Shown piece after piece: positions 19,401 to 29,715 of a stretch of DNA of 64,000 nt. A program made the position numbers and the translations under genes. The notes beneath the pieces are model-generated. The model was given only the letters and a program-made list of their open reading frames with translations. It had not been told where the DNA came from and searched no databases. The stretch lies in IMG/VR virus record IMGVR_UViG_3300034284_000578, positions 44,577 to 108,576 of that record; one strand, written 5' to 3'. How positions within the stretch are numbered: position 1 is the stretch's first letter; each line of letters opens with the position of its first letter. The stretch is from a virus.

Positions 19401-22284
19401 TCTTTTAAGTGTTAAAAATATTCCGTATTATGTCTCCAAAGTGGATGGAGAACAATATCATAGTACTGCATTTATAGATTGCAGAGGCACTTTAGTTGAT
19501 GATATTGTTTTCAATAAATTTGTAATATTACCACAATCATCTACAATTGGTACTACTCTTGGTGTGTATGCGCCCAGATATGATATTTTGTACATTAATA
19601 AAAATGGTTCATTTAAAGTTGCTTATGGAACTGCATCGTTTAATCCATCATATCCAGAATTGCCAGAAGATGGAATGATTCTCTATAAGATAAAGAAACC
19701 AAGTTATGTTTTTGATAATCAAGCACTAACTTTACAATATACAGACAATAGACGCTATACAATGCGCGACATTGGAAAATTGGAAAAGAGAGTACAACAA
19801 TTAGAAGTATATTCTGCCTTGTCCTTGTTGGAAAAAGACGCAGATTCACTTTTAGTTGAAGATGTTAATGGTAATAACAGATTTAAAAATGGTATAATTG
19901 TAGATCCATTTGAAAACCACAAAATTGGTGAAGTTTCTCACGTAGATTATAATGTTGCCGTAGATCCTACAGAAACTTGTCTACGTCCAAAAGCACAAAC
20001 AGAAAATTTAAAATTGTCATATGTGACTCCTACAGAGTCTGCAAAATTTATTGAGGTTTTAAATACTAAAACTGGCGTGACCGGAAATGTAAGTAATCCT
20101 TCAATATCAACTGGATTGTTTATGCTTCCATTTACTGAAACGGCATTCGTCGTTCAACCACAAGCAACTCGTGCAATGTCAGTTACTCCATTTGAAACAT
20201 TAAACCTTGAAGGTACTGTTCGTCTTTCTCCAAGAGAAGATGACTGGGTAGATACTGAAACTAGACCAGATTTGAATGTAAATCTTGCTGGAGAAAATGA
20301 TATATGGGAAGATATTTTGGATGAACTAAATTCATCTGAAGATGGTCCTTTTGCTTTGAACTTTGGTAATTGGTCTGAATTAAGTAGACAAACTACTTCA
20401 AACACAACAACCAATACAACAAGAAGAGGAAGAAGAAGAACAACAACTAGAACTACAACTACCAATTCAACAATAAGAGAAGAAAGAAATATTACTGGAG
20501 AACAACTGCGAACCGGAACTGAACAAGTTTCTTTGGGTGATCGGGTTGTGGATGTTTCTTTCATTCCTTATATGAGAGGTAGAAGAATTAAAATAGTAAT
20601 TACTGGTTTGAAAACCAATGCTAGACTATATCCGTTCTTTGACGGTGTTGATGTTTCACAATATTGCTATTTGTATAATACTTTGGGTGCTTTAGATACA
20701 GATCTAGCACAAGTTTCTTTGACCGAAGCGAATAAATTTACAAATACCAATAGTGGGTTTAAGAAATCTTCCGCACAAGGAAATGCTTTTATAATTTTTG
20801 ATATGCCAACTGGTACTTTTAGAACTGGTGATAGAAAATTTACAATTTCAGATAACCAAAATAATGATTTTTCAAGAGCAACTACGTTTGCAACCGGAAC
20901 ATATTCCGCATCTGGTCTTTCTCAAGTAAGAGAAACAACAAAAGCAACAATTAGAACTTTTGAAACTGAAACAATTAATATAACAGAAGAAAGAGTAAGA
21001 TCTGAAACGGCTGTAAATGTTCAAACAACAACTGTTCGTGTAGATCCTTTGGCACAAACATTTACAATAAATCCAGAACTCTATCCAAATGGAATATTTT
21101 TAAGTAGCATTGATGTTTTCTTTGCAAGAAAACCCGATAATTCTACAAACATTCCAGTAAAGGTAGAAGTAAGACCAACTGTAAATGCATTCCCAGATGC
21201 ATATAAAATTTATCCCGGTGGTATCTCTATACTTCACCCAAGTCAAGTTAATGTTTCAGATACACCATCTGCTAACAATTCCGCAACAGCAACAAGATTT
21301 AATTTTGAAACTCCGGTATATCTTGAACCGGGTGAGCATTGCTTTATTGTAAGGTCAACAACAGATGAATATGAAATTTATGTTGCAGAAATAGGTCAAA
21401 CATTAGTTAATAGTACACAAAGAGTAACAGAACAACCATATGTTGGTGTTTTCTTCAGTTCTTCAAATGCAACTACTTGGTTGCCACAACCAGCAATGGA
21501 TATGATGATGGTACTCAATAAGTGTGAATTTACCCCAAATCAAACATATACTTTTGCATGTAAAACAAATGTTGCCGGAAAAGATGTAAAATATGAGTTA
21601 TTGAATCTAAATAATGCTTATCAAGAATTTGATGTTTCAAAACTTTTCTGGAGAATAAGTGATAATAATACATTAAATGGAACATATTCTCCAATTAATG
21701 CAAATGAAAACGTTAAATACACCTCCACAAAAACATTACTAGATGGTGAATCTTTATACTTCAAGGCAACAGCATTAACTACAAGTAAAGATGTTTGCCC
21801 AATTGTTAACACCGAAAGAATGAGTGCATTCTTGGTAAAGAATTTGATAGAAAATAACAGCTCCACACAAACCAATGGAGAATTGAATCCATATGCAAAT
21901 GATTTTGGTGATATAAAGAGAACTAGATATATTACAAAAATAGTAACTCTTGAAGAAGGATTTGAATCTACTGGATTTAAATTAATACTATCTGTAAATA
22001 AGCCTGTTGGTACAAAAATAAAAGCATTCTTAAAGTATCAACCAGCAGAACAAACAAAAACATTCCACGAAAATCCATATGTTGAACTTGTTCCTGATAT
22101 GGGTTCTTCAGCATTTGATAGTTTCTTTACAAGAACAGAAGAAGAATATGTCGATGTTCAATTTGCTTTACCAGTAGACTCTTCTTCGCCATATAATAAA
22201 TTTGCTATAAAACTGTGTTTGTTTAGTGATAATCCTGCGTTTGTACCAAAAATACAAGATTTAAGAGGAATTGCTGTTCTATGA
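16405..22284 (+). CDS. DUF4815/VrlC-like virion structural protein, C-terminal part, with a Cys-rich N-terminal region
   Basis: RRYTMRDIGKLEKRV..LE.Y..LSLLE, NRFKNG..VD.F, DPLAQTF and terminal P.IQDLRGIA motifs. Confidence 0.85.
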   Translation: MALTTETDNGYKNGLSNELMRVSGETSQATYTASCFSDKVPDVIRINFLDPFRGNFRTAYDPTRTNLDESLDGQRGFREEIFLEATSQGNYDILKHFRVKQIDGLTGNVVAEGIPLRWVPPSADGRGGTLFIKVLYQDLPNPTTFNQANGVIYCDAIDQFTYGGKTYSGNPISVGTTIKSIQTVSNVYKLTSVEAYNSAPSTLPCVGGTEGVITLGKGIYQSGQRVVLKELLAANGSPCTSSFSGTGVVISSTIDTLSQKVSVFVEFDQPLNDTAGENGNCSNCTNTSERLVLCTGDASGSCLSSCCIYSIDNVRKISTPECGTVQKIYFSDEIAETGEFVPGRELYQWKYENCGNHPGNAAFYTTKQADAQSKIVGEYLNWDTATKVLYVLCPNSIMQIKYGNVYQLTETGTLLSRGSGISPTSKFERRTGSFVNLRNTTETPTYISGREYQQVWDSTSGGELLVQTLTSTSTSYNTNYEYVIGETVLQALTEDFDGNVVGYAAGTVVDWQPNTTALDSVPSILTIKRKKIGTENPLFIDTNDPLIPATTELARFRFGTNLAPTTTGTLLKNTKRNILPLRVFETVNTTGNIATDWYDFSSENVVQNSTTTELTDTVVVASIGTIAKGSSIGSTRIKAIKLNAGNVYDISLMNTNIFYNEPVSFKDVTQIGKSNILTNTTGVSYSSIEPVIEVQQDYISGEYVTRIFNPTSDKQIIPLPAGDVIENVTSGSGNFGSTLLTIQQIFDVNFPSNSAEVFIEGNINGAEFPSTFSTTYSFAIDQLGNSLNLVKYNNLAAANAEPSDNNTLYYDVIVADDANVGIKFKKKSTSTVTSIIFGSEVKCSASNVIKEKRQKTFNATTYLTYNTSGPFKDKWTAIIPITGAIDVYKLNSVFGVSGTSSLTIITNNVKDWFGISKETDDYLYKPSILVLNGNGVTTNTNTDPNQGPITPTVPTFGLFEREGLTENYRVKIRVNGLGYEGPTGGGIVVRESYKDTNGNLLSVKNIPYYVSKVDGEQYHSTAFIDCRGTLVDDIVFNKFVILPQSSTIGTTLGVYAPRYDILYINKNGSFKVAYGTASFNPSYPELPEDGMILYKIKKPSYVFDNQALTLQYTDNRRYTMRDIGKLEKRVQQLEVYSALSLLEKDADSLLVEDVNGNNRFKNGIIVDPFENHKIGEVSHVDYNVAVDPTETCLRPKAQTENLKLSYVTPTESAKFIEVLNTKTGVTGNVSNPSISTGLFMLPFTETAFVVQPQATRAMSVTPFETLNLEGTVRLSPREDDWVDTETRPDLNVNLAGENDIWEDILDELNSSEDGPFALNFGNWSELSRQTTSNTTTNTTRRGRRRTTTRTTTTNSTIREERNITGEQLRTGTEQVSLGDRVVDVSFIPYMRGRRIKIVITGLKTNARLYPFFDGVDVSQYCYLYNTLGALDTDLAQVSLTEANKFTNTNSGFKKSSAQGNAFIIFDMPTGTFRTGDRKFTISDNQNNDFSRATTFATGTYSASGLSQVRETTKATIRTFETETINITEERVRSETAVNVQTTTVRVDPLAQTFTINPELYPNGIFLSSIDVFFARKPDNSTNIPVKVEVRPTVNAFPDAYKIYPGGISILHPSQVNVSDTPSANNSATATRFNFETPVYLEPGEHCFIVRSTTDEYEIYVAEIGQTLVNSTQRVTEQPYVGVFFSSSNATTWLPQPAMDMMMVLNKCEFTPNQTYTFACKTNVAGKDVKYELLNLNNAYQEFDVSKLFWRISDNNTLNGTYSPINANENVKYTSTKTLLDGESLYFKATALTTSKDVCPIVNTERMSAFLVKNLIENNSSTQTNGELNPYANDFGDIKRTRYITKIVTLEEGFESTGFKLILSVNKPVGTKIKAFLKYQPAEQTKTFHENPYVELVPDMGSSAFDSFFTRTEEEYVDVQFALPVDSSSPYNKFAIKLCLFSDNPAFVPKIQDLRGIAVL

Positions 22285-22478
22285 GCGAAATACCAATAAC
22301 TGGTAGAGACGATCTAAAGAGAGATCGTAAAACTGGAGCAGTTTTATCATGTGATCGAAATAAACTAATGGAAGCAAAAAGAATTAAGCGAGAAAACGAT
22401 AGATATATAACATTAGAAAAAAGAGTTAGAGAATTAGAAAATATAATTCAATCATTACTAAAAGGCAATAACAAATGA
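22281..22478 (+). CDS. Small conserved T4-like protein with a coiled-coil C-terminus
   Basis: LKRD.KTGAV...D motif; ATGA overlaps with both neighbours; usual position after the DUF4815 gene. Confidence 0.7.
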   Translation: MSEIPITGRDDLKRDRKTGAVLSCDRNKLMEAKRIKRENDRYITLEKRVRELENIIQSLLKGNNK

Positions 22479-25400
22479 GTGCATTCAGAGAACCAGTATT
22501 TGATTTAGATACACTAACAAATTCAGATACAGTAATCACTTGGTTGAATCGCACAAACCAATTAATTAATGGTTTGAATTCTTTATATGTGGTTGATATC
22601 TTTGATGGTGATGGTATATGCACTACTCGCGCTGATGGTATTGTTACCATTAACATTGATCCTGGTCCGGGTATTGGGTTCACTGTTGGGAATGAATTAA
22701 CAATAAAATTTAATGGAGTAACTGAACTTACTAGTGCTTCTACCGTTTCTCCAACTCTTGGGACGGACTATGCTTTAATTGAAAGATCTGGAAGTCTTCT
22801 AAAGGTAAAATTGGATTCTCTTTTACCACCAACACTAAAGCACACTCACACATTTGAACAAAGTTTAAATATTCAAGGACAACAATTAACTTTAGCATCT
22901 TCTCAATCTGTAATAGGAAGTAGTGCAAATAATTGGTTTGCCATTCTTAAAGCAAATGGAAATAGCATAGGTGAATCATCAAATGCTTATATAAAATTTG
23001 GTGGATTTAATAACAGTTGGTTCGTTGGCACTAATTTTACATTTGAAAATAACTATGGAATATTTTCAAATTATGTGACAGAATCAAATACTCAAGCAAA
23101 TTTTAATTTCTGCACACAAGATTTGCCGGGTTCAAATCTTTCTACAAACGATGACGATCTTTCTGTAAGCATATTGTCTTTAAATTTTAACGTAGGTGCA
23201 GCACCAACAGATTGGAAGTATGGTGCTATTGGTGAAACTGCAACAACAACTTGGCCAGCAACTTGGAAATTAAAATTTGCAGAATCTCTTGCAGGATTTT
23301 ACTTCTATGATGCAGATTCTACTGATTTAGATCAACCAATTTTGACTTTGCAAAAGTTGGGTGCTTATGACAATTTAGTTAATATTAATGGTAAAATTTA
23401 TATTACCGACATAGAAAATTCTTCACAATTTATTTCTTCTCCATCTGGAGCAAATAAAGTAGTTTTAACTGGTTCTGATGGACAAGTAAATAAAAAGTTT
23501 ACAAACAGAATAGTCACTACAGATTATGTGTCTTTGTCTGAAGGTGATATCGTATATGTTGGAACAATTACAGACGGAGATATAACTTATGCAAAAGCAC
23601 AAGCATCACCAGCAGGAAACTATGACATAGTTGGTATAGTTGAATCTGTAATAGGTGGTCAAGCCACAATAGTTTTAAATGGTGAATTTGAGTTTAATTC
23701 AATAACAAGTCTTGAACCAGGCATTAAATATTACCTTTCCCAAAGCACTGCTGGTGATTTCGTGGAGGAAGGAACATACAGTTCTGGAATAATTAAACCC
23801 GTATTTGTTGCAATTTCGGATAAAAAAGGTGTTTTGATTACATCGTTTACTCCCGAAAATGCAAATATAGATCAAATTACTATTTTCAATAGTTCCGATT
23901 CTAGCACAGAGAGTTTGGAGATTGATGAACCAAATTATAATTTGACTCTCGTTGGTGGTCAAAATATTAAACTTGACATCAATACAGATAATGAAATTGA
24001 AATTCGCGTAGAAGGTTTGGCTGGTGCACAAGACACATTTAAGATCATACAAGTAAATGGTGTGGGTTCTGATGGAGATGGACAAGTAGTTTCAGCAAAT
24101 CCAGATGACGTTATATCGTTTACTAGTAGCACACTTAAAATAGAAGCAAATAATACAACTAAAACTATTAATTTTGAAGGGCAAAACAGTTTTAGCAGCG
24201 TAATCTTTACAGATGCAGATTCTGCTATTACATATACCGCCGAAGTACCTTCAGATACATTACAATTTATTGCAGGACCCGGAATAACATTTACACACAA
24301 TACAGATGATTCTATTATCATAACAGCATCTGTTACTGGTGGTGTTGCTACAAGTAATATCAACTATGATGCAAGATACCAAGTATTGGCAAGCGGAAAT
24401 ACAACAACTGCTTCAACTGTAAGTTTATTGGGTAGTGGAACTGGTTCATTCGTATCTAATTTGGGTGCCAGTTATGATGATGTTTCTCTAGCATTAGAGC
24501 CTGCAAAAACAATAACATATACCACTAGTGGAATATACACTTACGATTCTTCGAGTTATGATGTTGACTCCGGAGGATTCTGGCCAACAGATACGCTTGG
24601 TAAATATCTACCCTCGGAACTTGCTGGTTTCGTTGTTGGTAGAATAACACCAAGTGCAAATAGTACATCAGTGTTCCCCTCTTCTTCGATACAAAGACTG
24701 GGAAGAAACGCATTACGTTTCTTGATGGGTATTGCTCCAACAGGATATATTGACAATATAAGCAGTGTATACAGCAAATGGACAATAGATGGTGGTTCTA
24801 ATTACATTACCGCAGCTGATAAAAATGGTGCAATTTTCTTTGAAGCAGGAACTGGAATTTCTTTATCAAATCCAGGCTCTCCAAATAGAATAGTAATAAC
24901 AAATACTGGAGTTGCACAAAACGCATTTGCTAAGGTAAACATTAAGAATAAAAATGGTACTACTTTAGATAGTTTTGACGCAAATACTTCTAGTGATAAC
25001 TTTACATTAAAATCTGGTCAATTTATATCAATAACATCAGACACAAATAATGATACTGCTATTTTTGATTTAAATATATCAGACGATTATGTGTTGCTTG
25101 GAAATCCCGGAACAACAGATGGAATGAGCGCAATTTCAGTTTCCTCTAACTCTTTTGTTGGAAGAGTTGGCAGTGGACCAATTGAAGCAATAACAAATTC
25201 AGATTTGGCATGGACAACAGGGGCTGGAACTTCTACAGCACCATCTTTACAAATGCCATATTTTGGTTTAATTGAAGTTGGTACTGGTGGTTCTCCTACT
25301 TATTTAAATGCACTAGGGGCAAACAAAGGAAAACTTACATTTAGTGCTGGTACAAATATTAGTTTTACCGCAAATGACGCAACAAATACTATAACTATAA

Positions 25401-27079
25401 ATTCACTTGGAGGTTCAACTCAACCAACACCAACTATACGTCAAATTATTGTTGGTACTGGAGGAGTCAACACTGTTGATGCTAATTTAACTTCTTTAGC
25501 ATTCAAAACTGGTGCTGGTTTAACTGCTACTGGTACTTACGATTCAACAGCAAAAGAATTAACTGTAAATTATGCTTTATCTCCTATAGGACCAAATTCA
25601 ATTTTAGCAAATGCTACATCCCTTGGCGCTGTACCATCCACAATAACAATAAGTCCAAATACTTTCTTAGGACGCGCATCATCGGGCGATATGCAGGCAA
25701 TTCCTGTTAGTGGAGCAGGAACAACAGTTAGAAGTATGTTGGGTATAAGTTGGTTTAATAATATTGGTACACAAAATTTCTCAGAACCAAGTCCAAATTT
25801 AAGTACTGCGGTGGCAACAAATGGTGAAACTTTGTTGTTTAGAAACACGGATGGAACCGCAACTTTAACAACTACAGCAGTTTCTGGTACAAAAACTATA
25901 GGAATATCTACAAAAACTCTTCTTTTTACTGATGCAACCCCAAGATTTGCATCAGCAAGTACTCTTATGAGTGCAACTTCTTTTGGTACAGAAGTATATT
26001 ACGGTAATCTGACATCAGGCTTAGGCTCAACAACAACAAAACAAAATTATTATTATCTTGAATATTTTAATGCTAAACCAGGCGGTGAACAAACTGATAT
26101 TCTTTCCAAAGAATATAGATTTAATGCAATAGGTAATTTTGATGATGACAATACAATAGAAATAACTTCAGCATTAGCCGGAAGAACTGCAATATCCTAT
26201 GTCTTCAATAATGCAGTAACTGAAATTGTGTATACTGATGCTTATACACTAAATGTTAAAACTTACAATAGTTCGAGTGCTTTACAAAATGGGACATTTA
26301 CTGCTTTAGCAAGTAACATTACATTGAATTCTGAAAATGACATAGCATTTTCTGGTTCTGGTCGGAGTGTGACTCTAAACTCTAAACAAATTAGATCTAC
26401 TTCTAATATTGTTGACATAGGAACATCAGGCGCATACGCAAAACTCCGTTCTGTAAATTTTACAGGGACAGCAACCGAAGACCTTCTTTTTATAGCAGAT
26501 GAAGTGTTTGTATTATCATTTCAACCATTTTCTGGTACTGAAACCGCCGGGTTATATTTTCAAGATACCGCCCCAACAGTGAAAATATTTGGATCACCGG
26601 ATTCTGGCACCAATAAAATTACATTTGATATTAATATTGATTTTGGTGTTGTTGCGGGTACAACTAGAACTATTAATTTTGCAAATGCAACGGTTACAGG
26701 ATTGTCTGTAAGCACCCACTCTGATACACATAGATGGGCGCAAGATGAATTGTTTGATAGTAACGGTGGTAGCGCGGCCGCAGATGCAATTCAAGCATGG
26801 GAAGTTGGTGCTGTTGCAAGAGGTAAACCAGTCCTCCTAAATACCATTGCAATAGCAAATACAGATGGTAAGTATAATTTTGATTTGAATGCAGTGGCAA
26901 CAAAAGATCTATTATACAGTGGTACGACTACATATAATACCACAAACTATTCTGTAACAATTACAGATCCAAATAGAGGACCACTGTATTTGGTAGTACC
27001 AAATGGCACAGATCCAACTGCTGGCGGGGCACCTATTGGACCACCCGGACAAATTATCTTTGTAAGAAAGCAACCTTAA
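22475..27079 (+). CDS. Long fibre protein, 1534 aa (tail or neck fibre)
   Basis: N-terminal DT..TW..RTN motif; Gly/Thr/Ser-rich; repeated F..I......A....D.L.F.AG.GI modules; a G.YYLS...G domain common in phage fibres. Confidence 0.7.
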   Translation: MSAFREPVFDLDTLTNSDTVITWLNRTNQLINGLNSLYVVDIFDGDGICTTRADGIVTINIDPGPGIGFTVGNELTIKFNGVTELTSASTVSPTLGTDYALIERSGSLLKVKLDSLLPPTLKHTHTFEQSLNIQGQQLTLASSQSVIGSSANNWFAILKANGNSIGESSNAYIKFGGFNNSWFVGTNFTFENNYGIFSNYVTESNTQANFNFCTQDLPGSNLSTNDDDLSVSILSLNFNVGAAPTDWKYGAIGETATTTWPATWKLKFAESLAGFYFYDADSTDLDQPILTLQKLGAYDNLVNINGKIYITDIENSSQFISSPSGANKVVLTGSDGQVNKKFTNRIVTTDYVSLSEGDIVYVGTITDGDITYAKAQASPAGNYDIVGIVESVIGGQATIVLNGEFEFNSITSLEPGIKYYLSQSTAGDFVEEGTYSSGIIKPVFVAISDKKGVLITSFTPENANIDQITIFNSSDSSTESLEIDEPNYNLTLVGGQNIKLDINTDNEIEIRVEGLAGAQDTFKIIQVNGVGSDGDGQVVSANPDDVISFTSSTLKIEANNTTKTINFEGQNSFSSVIFTDADSAITYTAEVPSDTLQFIAGPGITFTHNTDDSIIITASVTGGVATSNINYDARYQVLASGNTTTASTVSLLGSGTGSFVSNLGASYDDVSLALEPAKTITYTTSGIYTYDSSSYDVDSGGFWPTDTLGKYLPSELAGFVVGRITPSANSTSVFPSSSIQRLGRNALRFLMGIAPTGYIDNISSVYSKWTIDGGSNYITAADKNGAIFFEAGTGISLSNPGSPNRIVITNTGVAQNAFAKVNIKNKNGTTLDSFDANTSSDNFTLKSGQFISITSDTNNDTAIFDLNISDDYVLLGNPGTTDGMSAISVSSNSFVGRVGSGPIEAITNSDLAWTTGAGTSTAPSLQMPYFGLIEVGTGGSPTYLNALGANKGKLTFSAGTNISFTANDATNTITINSLGGSTQPTPTIRQIIVGTGGVNTVDANLTSLAFKTGAGLTATGTYDSTAKELTVNYALSPIGPNSILANATSLGAVPSTITISPNTFLGRASSGDMQAIPVSGAGTTVRSMLGISWFNNIGTQNFSEPSPNLSTAVATNGETLLFRNTDGTATLTTTAVSGTKTIGISTKTLLFTDATPRFASASTLMSATSFGTEVYYGNLTSGLGSTTTKQNYYYLEYFNAKPGGEQTDILSKEYRFNAIGNFDDDNTIEITSALAGRTAISYVFNNAVTEIVYTDAYTLNVKTYNSSSALQNGTFTALASNITLNSENDIAFSGSGRSVTLNSKQIRSTSNIVDIGTSGAYAKLRSVNFTGTATEDLLFIADEVFVLSFQPFSGTETAGLYFQDTAPTVKIFGSPDSGTNKITFDINIDFGVVAGTTRTINFANATVTGLSVSTHSDTHRWAQDELFDSNGGSAAADAIQAWEVGAVARGKPVLLNTIAIANTDGKYNFDLNAVATKDLLYSGTTTYNTTNYSVTITDPNRGPLYLVVPNGTDPTAGGAPIGPPGQIIFVRKQP

Positions 27080-27081
27080 TT

Positions 27082-29664
27082 ATGTTTGTTAGAGATAACT
27101 CAAATAACCCAAGAGAAATTTCTAGAATTTTTGTACGTGATGCTTCTGGAACTCCACAAGAAATTTCTAAAATTTATGTTAGAGATGCAAGTGGTGTACC
27201 AAAGTTAGTATTTGATAATACCGTAACCACTGTGCCTTCATTGTGTAGTGATTGTGATGTTGGTTATGTTTATTATTATAATACAGGCATTTCAACAACA
27301 GCGAGTGTTGTTACTAGTAACATCAATGTTACTACAAAAACACGGCTGCTTCAGATCGCGCCAACAATTACATGTTCTGGAAATTTGACGATTTCAACCG
27401 GAGCAAGACCAGCCCTAAATCCAATTAGAACTTTAGATAAAACTTATTGGAAAAAAACATCACTATCCTATAATTATATTAAAACATATTTAGAAAATAA
27501 TAATATAGAAACAAACGAAGATTTAGCTTCTTCAATATATTTTCAAACTCTTGAACAATCTTTATTGTGTAATTCTTCAACTTGTTTTTGTAATTGGTTT
27601 GATAGTACATTTATTGGGCCTATTCTTTCCCAAACATCATCGTCCACGCAACCAATTTTTGGATATGCCGGTGACGTAACCAATGCGTTTTGGACAGCAT
27701 TACAAGATGGATATGCTCCATTAATAAATTATCCCATATTACCCGGATTCATATTAATAGATTATAAGACTTCTAATTTTAAAAGCACAATAGTTTCTCG
27801 CATAAGCAGACCGAGATATAAATGGACAGATCATGGCAGAACTGTGACTGTTTTAGATGACGATGGTATTGAAGAAGAAACATATATACCCACCGGCGCC
27901 TACGATCAAAGATATGCTCCCGGAGGTACGTGCTTAACCGGTTCAGCTCAAGTTGCTGCAACTAGAGACAGTTCAATATATCCATACTATGATCGTTTTG
28001 TACTACTTGATGTAGATTTAAGTACAATAGGAAATTTTAATTCAGTTGGTGGAAATAGATCTTATCTAGATTTACCATGCGGACAAGAATATTGTGTTAC
28101 TTTATTTGATCAAGAATTTTATAGAACATGGGCCCACGGGACATGTTGGAATTTTGGTAACGGCGGTACACAAGAATTTATATGGGCAATAGGAAATAAT
28201 AATAATTTTCCAGCAACTGTAAGTTGTGCTAATTCTGGATCATATGGAGCACCTTGGACAAATACACAAATTTCACTTGGTACATTAGGAACAACATCCG
28301 GGTTTGGTGGGGATTGTGCGGTTTTCGTTGATAGAGATCAAATAACCATAGATGGTGTTGGACAATATTATAACCCATATTCATATTTGTTAATTGCTGA
28401 CAATTCTGCAACAGATCGAACAATTCCAGTTTTGACTGCGGCAAGTGATTTACAGGATTGCTGCACTAACTGTTTCTATGGTCCTGTGACTGATGACACA
28501 ACAACAGAAGATATGTGTCGTGAAATATACCAAATACCACCAATTAATACACAAAATCCTAATGGTGCTAATTTAAAATTTTTTGAAGATGTTAGTACAC
28601 TCATTGCGCTTAATACGGAAAACGAAAACCAAACTGCAAGCGCAAAGGTTAGATTTACTTTGCCATTATATTTGACTTTACCGGAATTCGATACTCTTAT
28701 TGTAAAATTAAAAAATCTAACAGATACTCAACTTGACGATTTTATTAATGGTGGAGATTTTAATTACAATGGAACACAATCAATAAAAGACTTAGTTGGT
28801 GTAACTTTGTCTGGAAAAGATTTAGTTTTATGGAAAGCACTGTGCGATATACTTGGTTTTAATTTATTTACAAGAGATCCATTAAATACGGGTGGAATAC
28901 CACTATCTTCACATAGTTTTCAATATGAAGAAAATCGTTGGCCTGTTACAGTCAGTGGTTCGTGCATTCCGGCATCAGTCCCCTATCAACGGGGTCCTCT
29001 AAGCTCAGGATTTAGTGGTTCTCAACAATTAATTGGTATTACGACCGCAACAAATGCTGCTGCTCTGGGTCAATTTCCAATACTGAAATGGAACATTTTT
29101 GGATTTCCAACTACTGATACAACACACTATGTTGTTTTTGAAATGATAGCAAGTGGAAATAGATGTATATCTGCTGCAATAAATTTAAATACTATTCGAA
29201 ATAATAATAGAAATTTAAGAGCAGCACTAAAAGGAATAACATTACAACCTGTAAATTTTGCATGTGAAAATCTTAAAAAATCTAAAGTTCCAATTAGTGG
29301 TAGTTCTTCGTTAGAGCCAAAAACTTATAAATTTGCTCACCCTGTTTTTATTGATTCACTCGTAAGAAGCAACAATTTAAATATATCTATTTACGATAAT
29401 TTTAAATCAAATGTGACACCTCCGGGATTAACAATTGATCAGGGGGGTACAGAATCTGGATCGTGGTCTACACTTTCTGGAACCACCTCTAATGAGTTTA
29501 AATATAAATTTTTGGTATTTGCAAGATCTACAGATTTAACAAATACCGCCCCAATTGCCCACTATTCATGTTTGATGCTTAGGCCGTTTACAACTTATAA
29601 AGCATTTTTAGATAAATATTACCCACTAGAAAAGTTTACAACAACTGATGGTATTCCAGATTGA
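27082..29664 (+). CDS. Putative fibre-tip adhesin / receptor-binding protein, Cys-rich
   Basis: Three tandem (I)F/YVRD.S..P.EIS repeats at the N-terminus; directly follows the fibre gene. Confidence 0.5.
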   Translation: MFVRDNSNNPREISRIFVRDASGTPQEISKIYVRDASGVPKLVFDNTVTTVPSLCSDCDVGYVYYYNTGISTTASVVTSNINVTTKTRLLQIAPTITCSGNLTISTGARPALNPIRTLDKTYWKKTSLSYNYIKTYLENNNIETNEDLASSIYFQTLEQSLLCNSSTCFCNWFDSTFIGPILSQTSSSTQPIFGYAGDVTNAFWTALQDGYAPLINYPILPGFILIDYKTSNFKSTIVSRISRPRYKWTDHGRTVTVLDDDGIEEETYIPTGAYDQRYAPGGTCLTGSAQVAATRDSSIYPYYDRFVLLDVDLSTIGNFNSVGGNRSYLDLPCGQEYCVTLFDQEFYRTWAHGTCWNFGNGGTQEFIWAIGNNNNFPATVSCANSGSYGAPWTNTQISLGTLGTTSGFGGDCAVFVDRDQITIDGVGQYYNPYSYLLIADNSATDRTIPVLTAASDLQDCCTNCFYGPVTDDTTTEDMCREIYQIPPINTQNPNGANLKFFEDVSTLIALNTENENQTASAKVRFTLPLYLTLPEFDTLIVKLKNLTDTQLDDFINGGDFNYNGTQSIKDLVGVTLSGKDLVLWKALCDILGFNLFTRDPLNTGGIPLSSHSFQYEENRWPVTVSGSCIPASVPYQRGPLSSGFSGSQQLIGITTATNAAALGQFPILKWNIFGFPTTDTTHYVVFEMIASGNRCISAAINLNTIRNNNRNLRAALKGITLQPVNFACENLKKSKVPISGSSSLEPKTYKFAHPVFIDSLVRSNNLNISIYDNFKSNVTPPGLTIDQGGTESGSWSTLSGTTSNEFKYKFLVFARSTDLTNTAPIAHYSCLMLRPFTTYKAFLDKYYPLEKFTTTDGIPD

Positions 29665-29689
29665 CATTTATTTTTATTGACTATATAAT
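29661..29689 (+). promoter_or_regulatory. Consensus sigma70-type (early) promoter
   Basis: TTGACA (29661-29666), 17-bp spacer, TATAAT (29684-29689); SD AAGGAG precedes ATG 29716. Confidence 0.85.
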
Positions 29690-29715
29690 GTACCTGACTT
29701 TATAAAGGAGAAATT

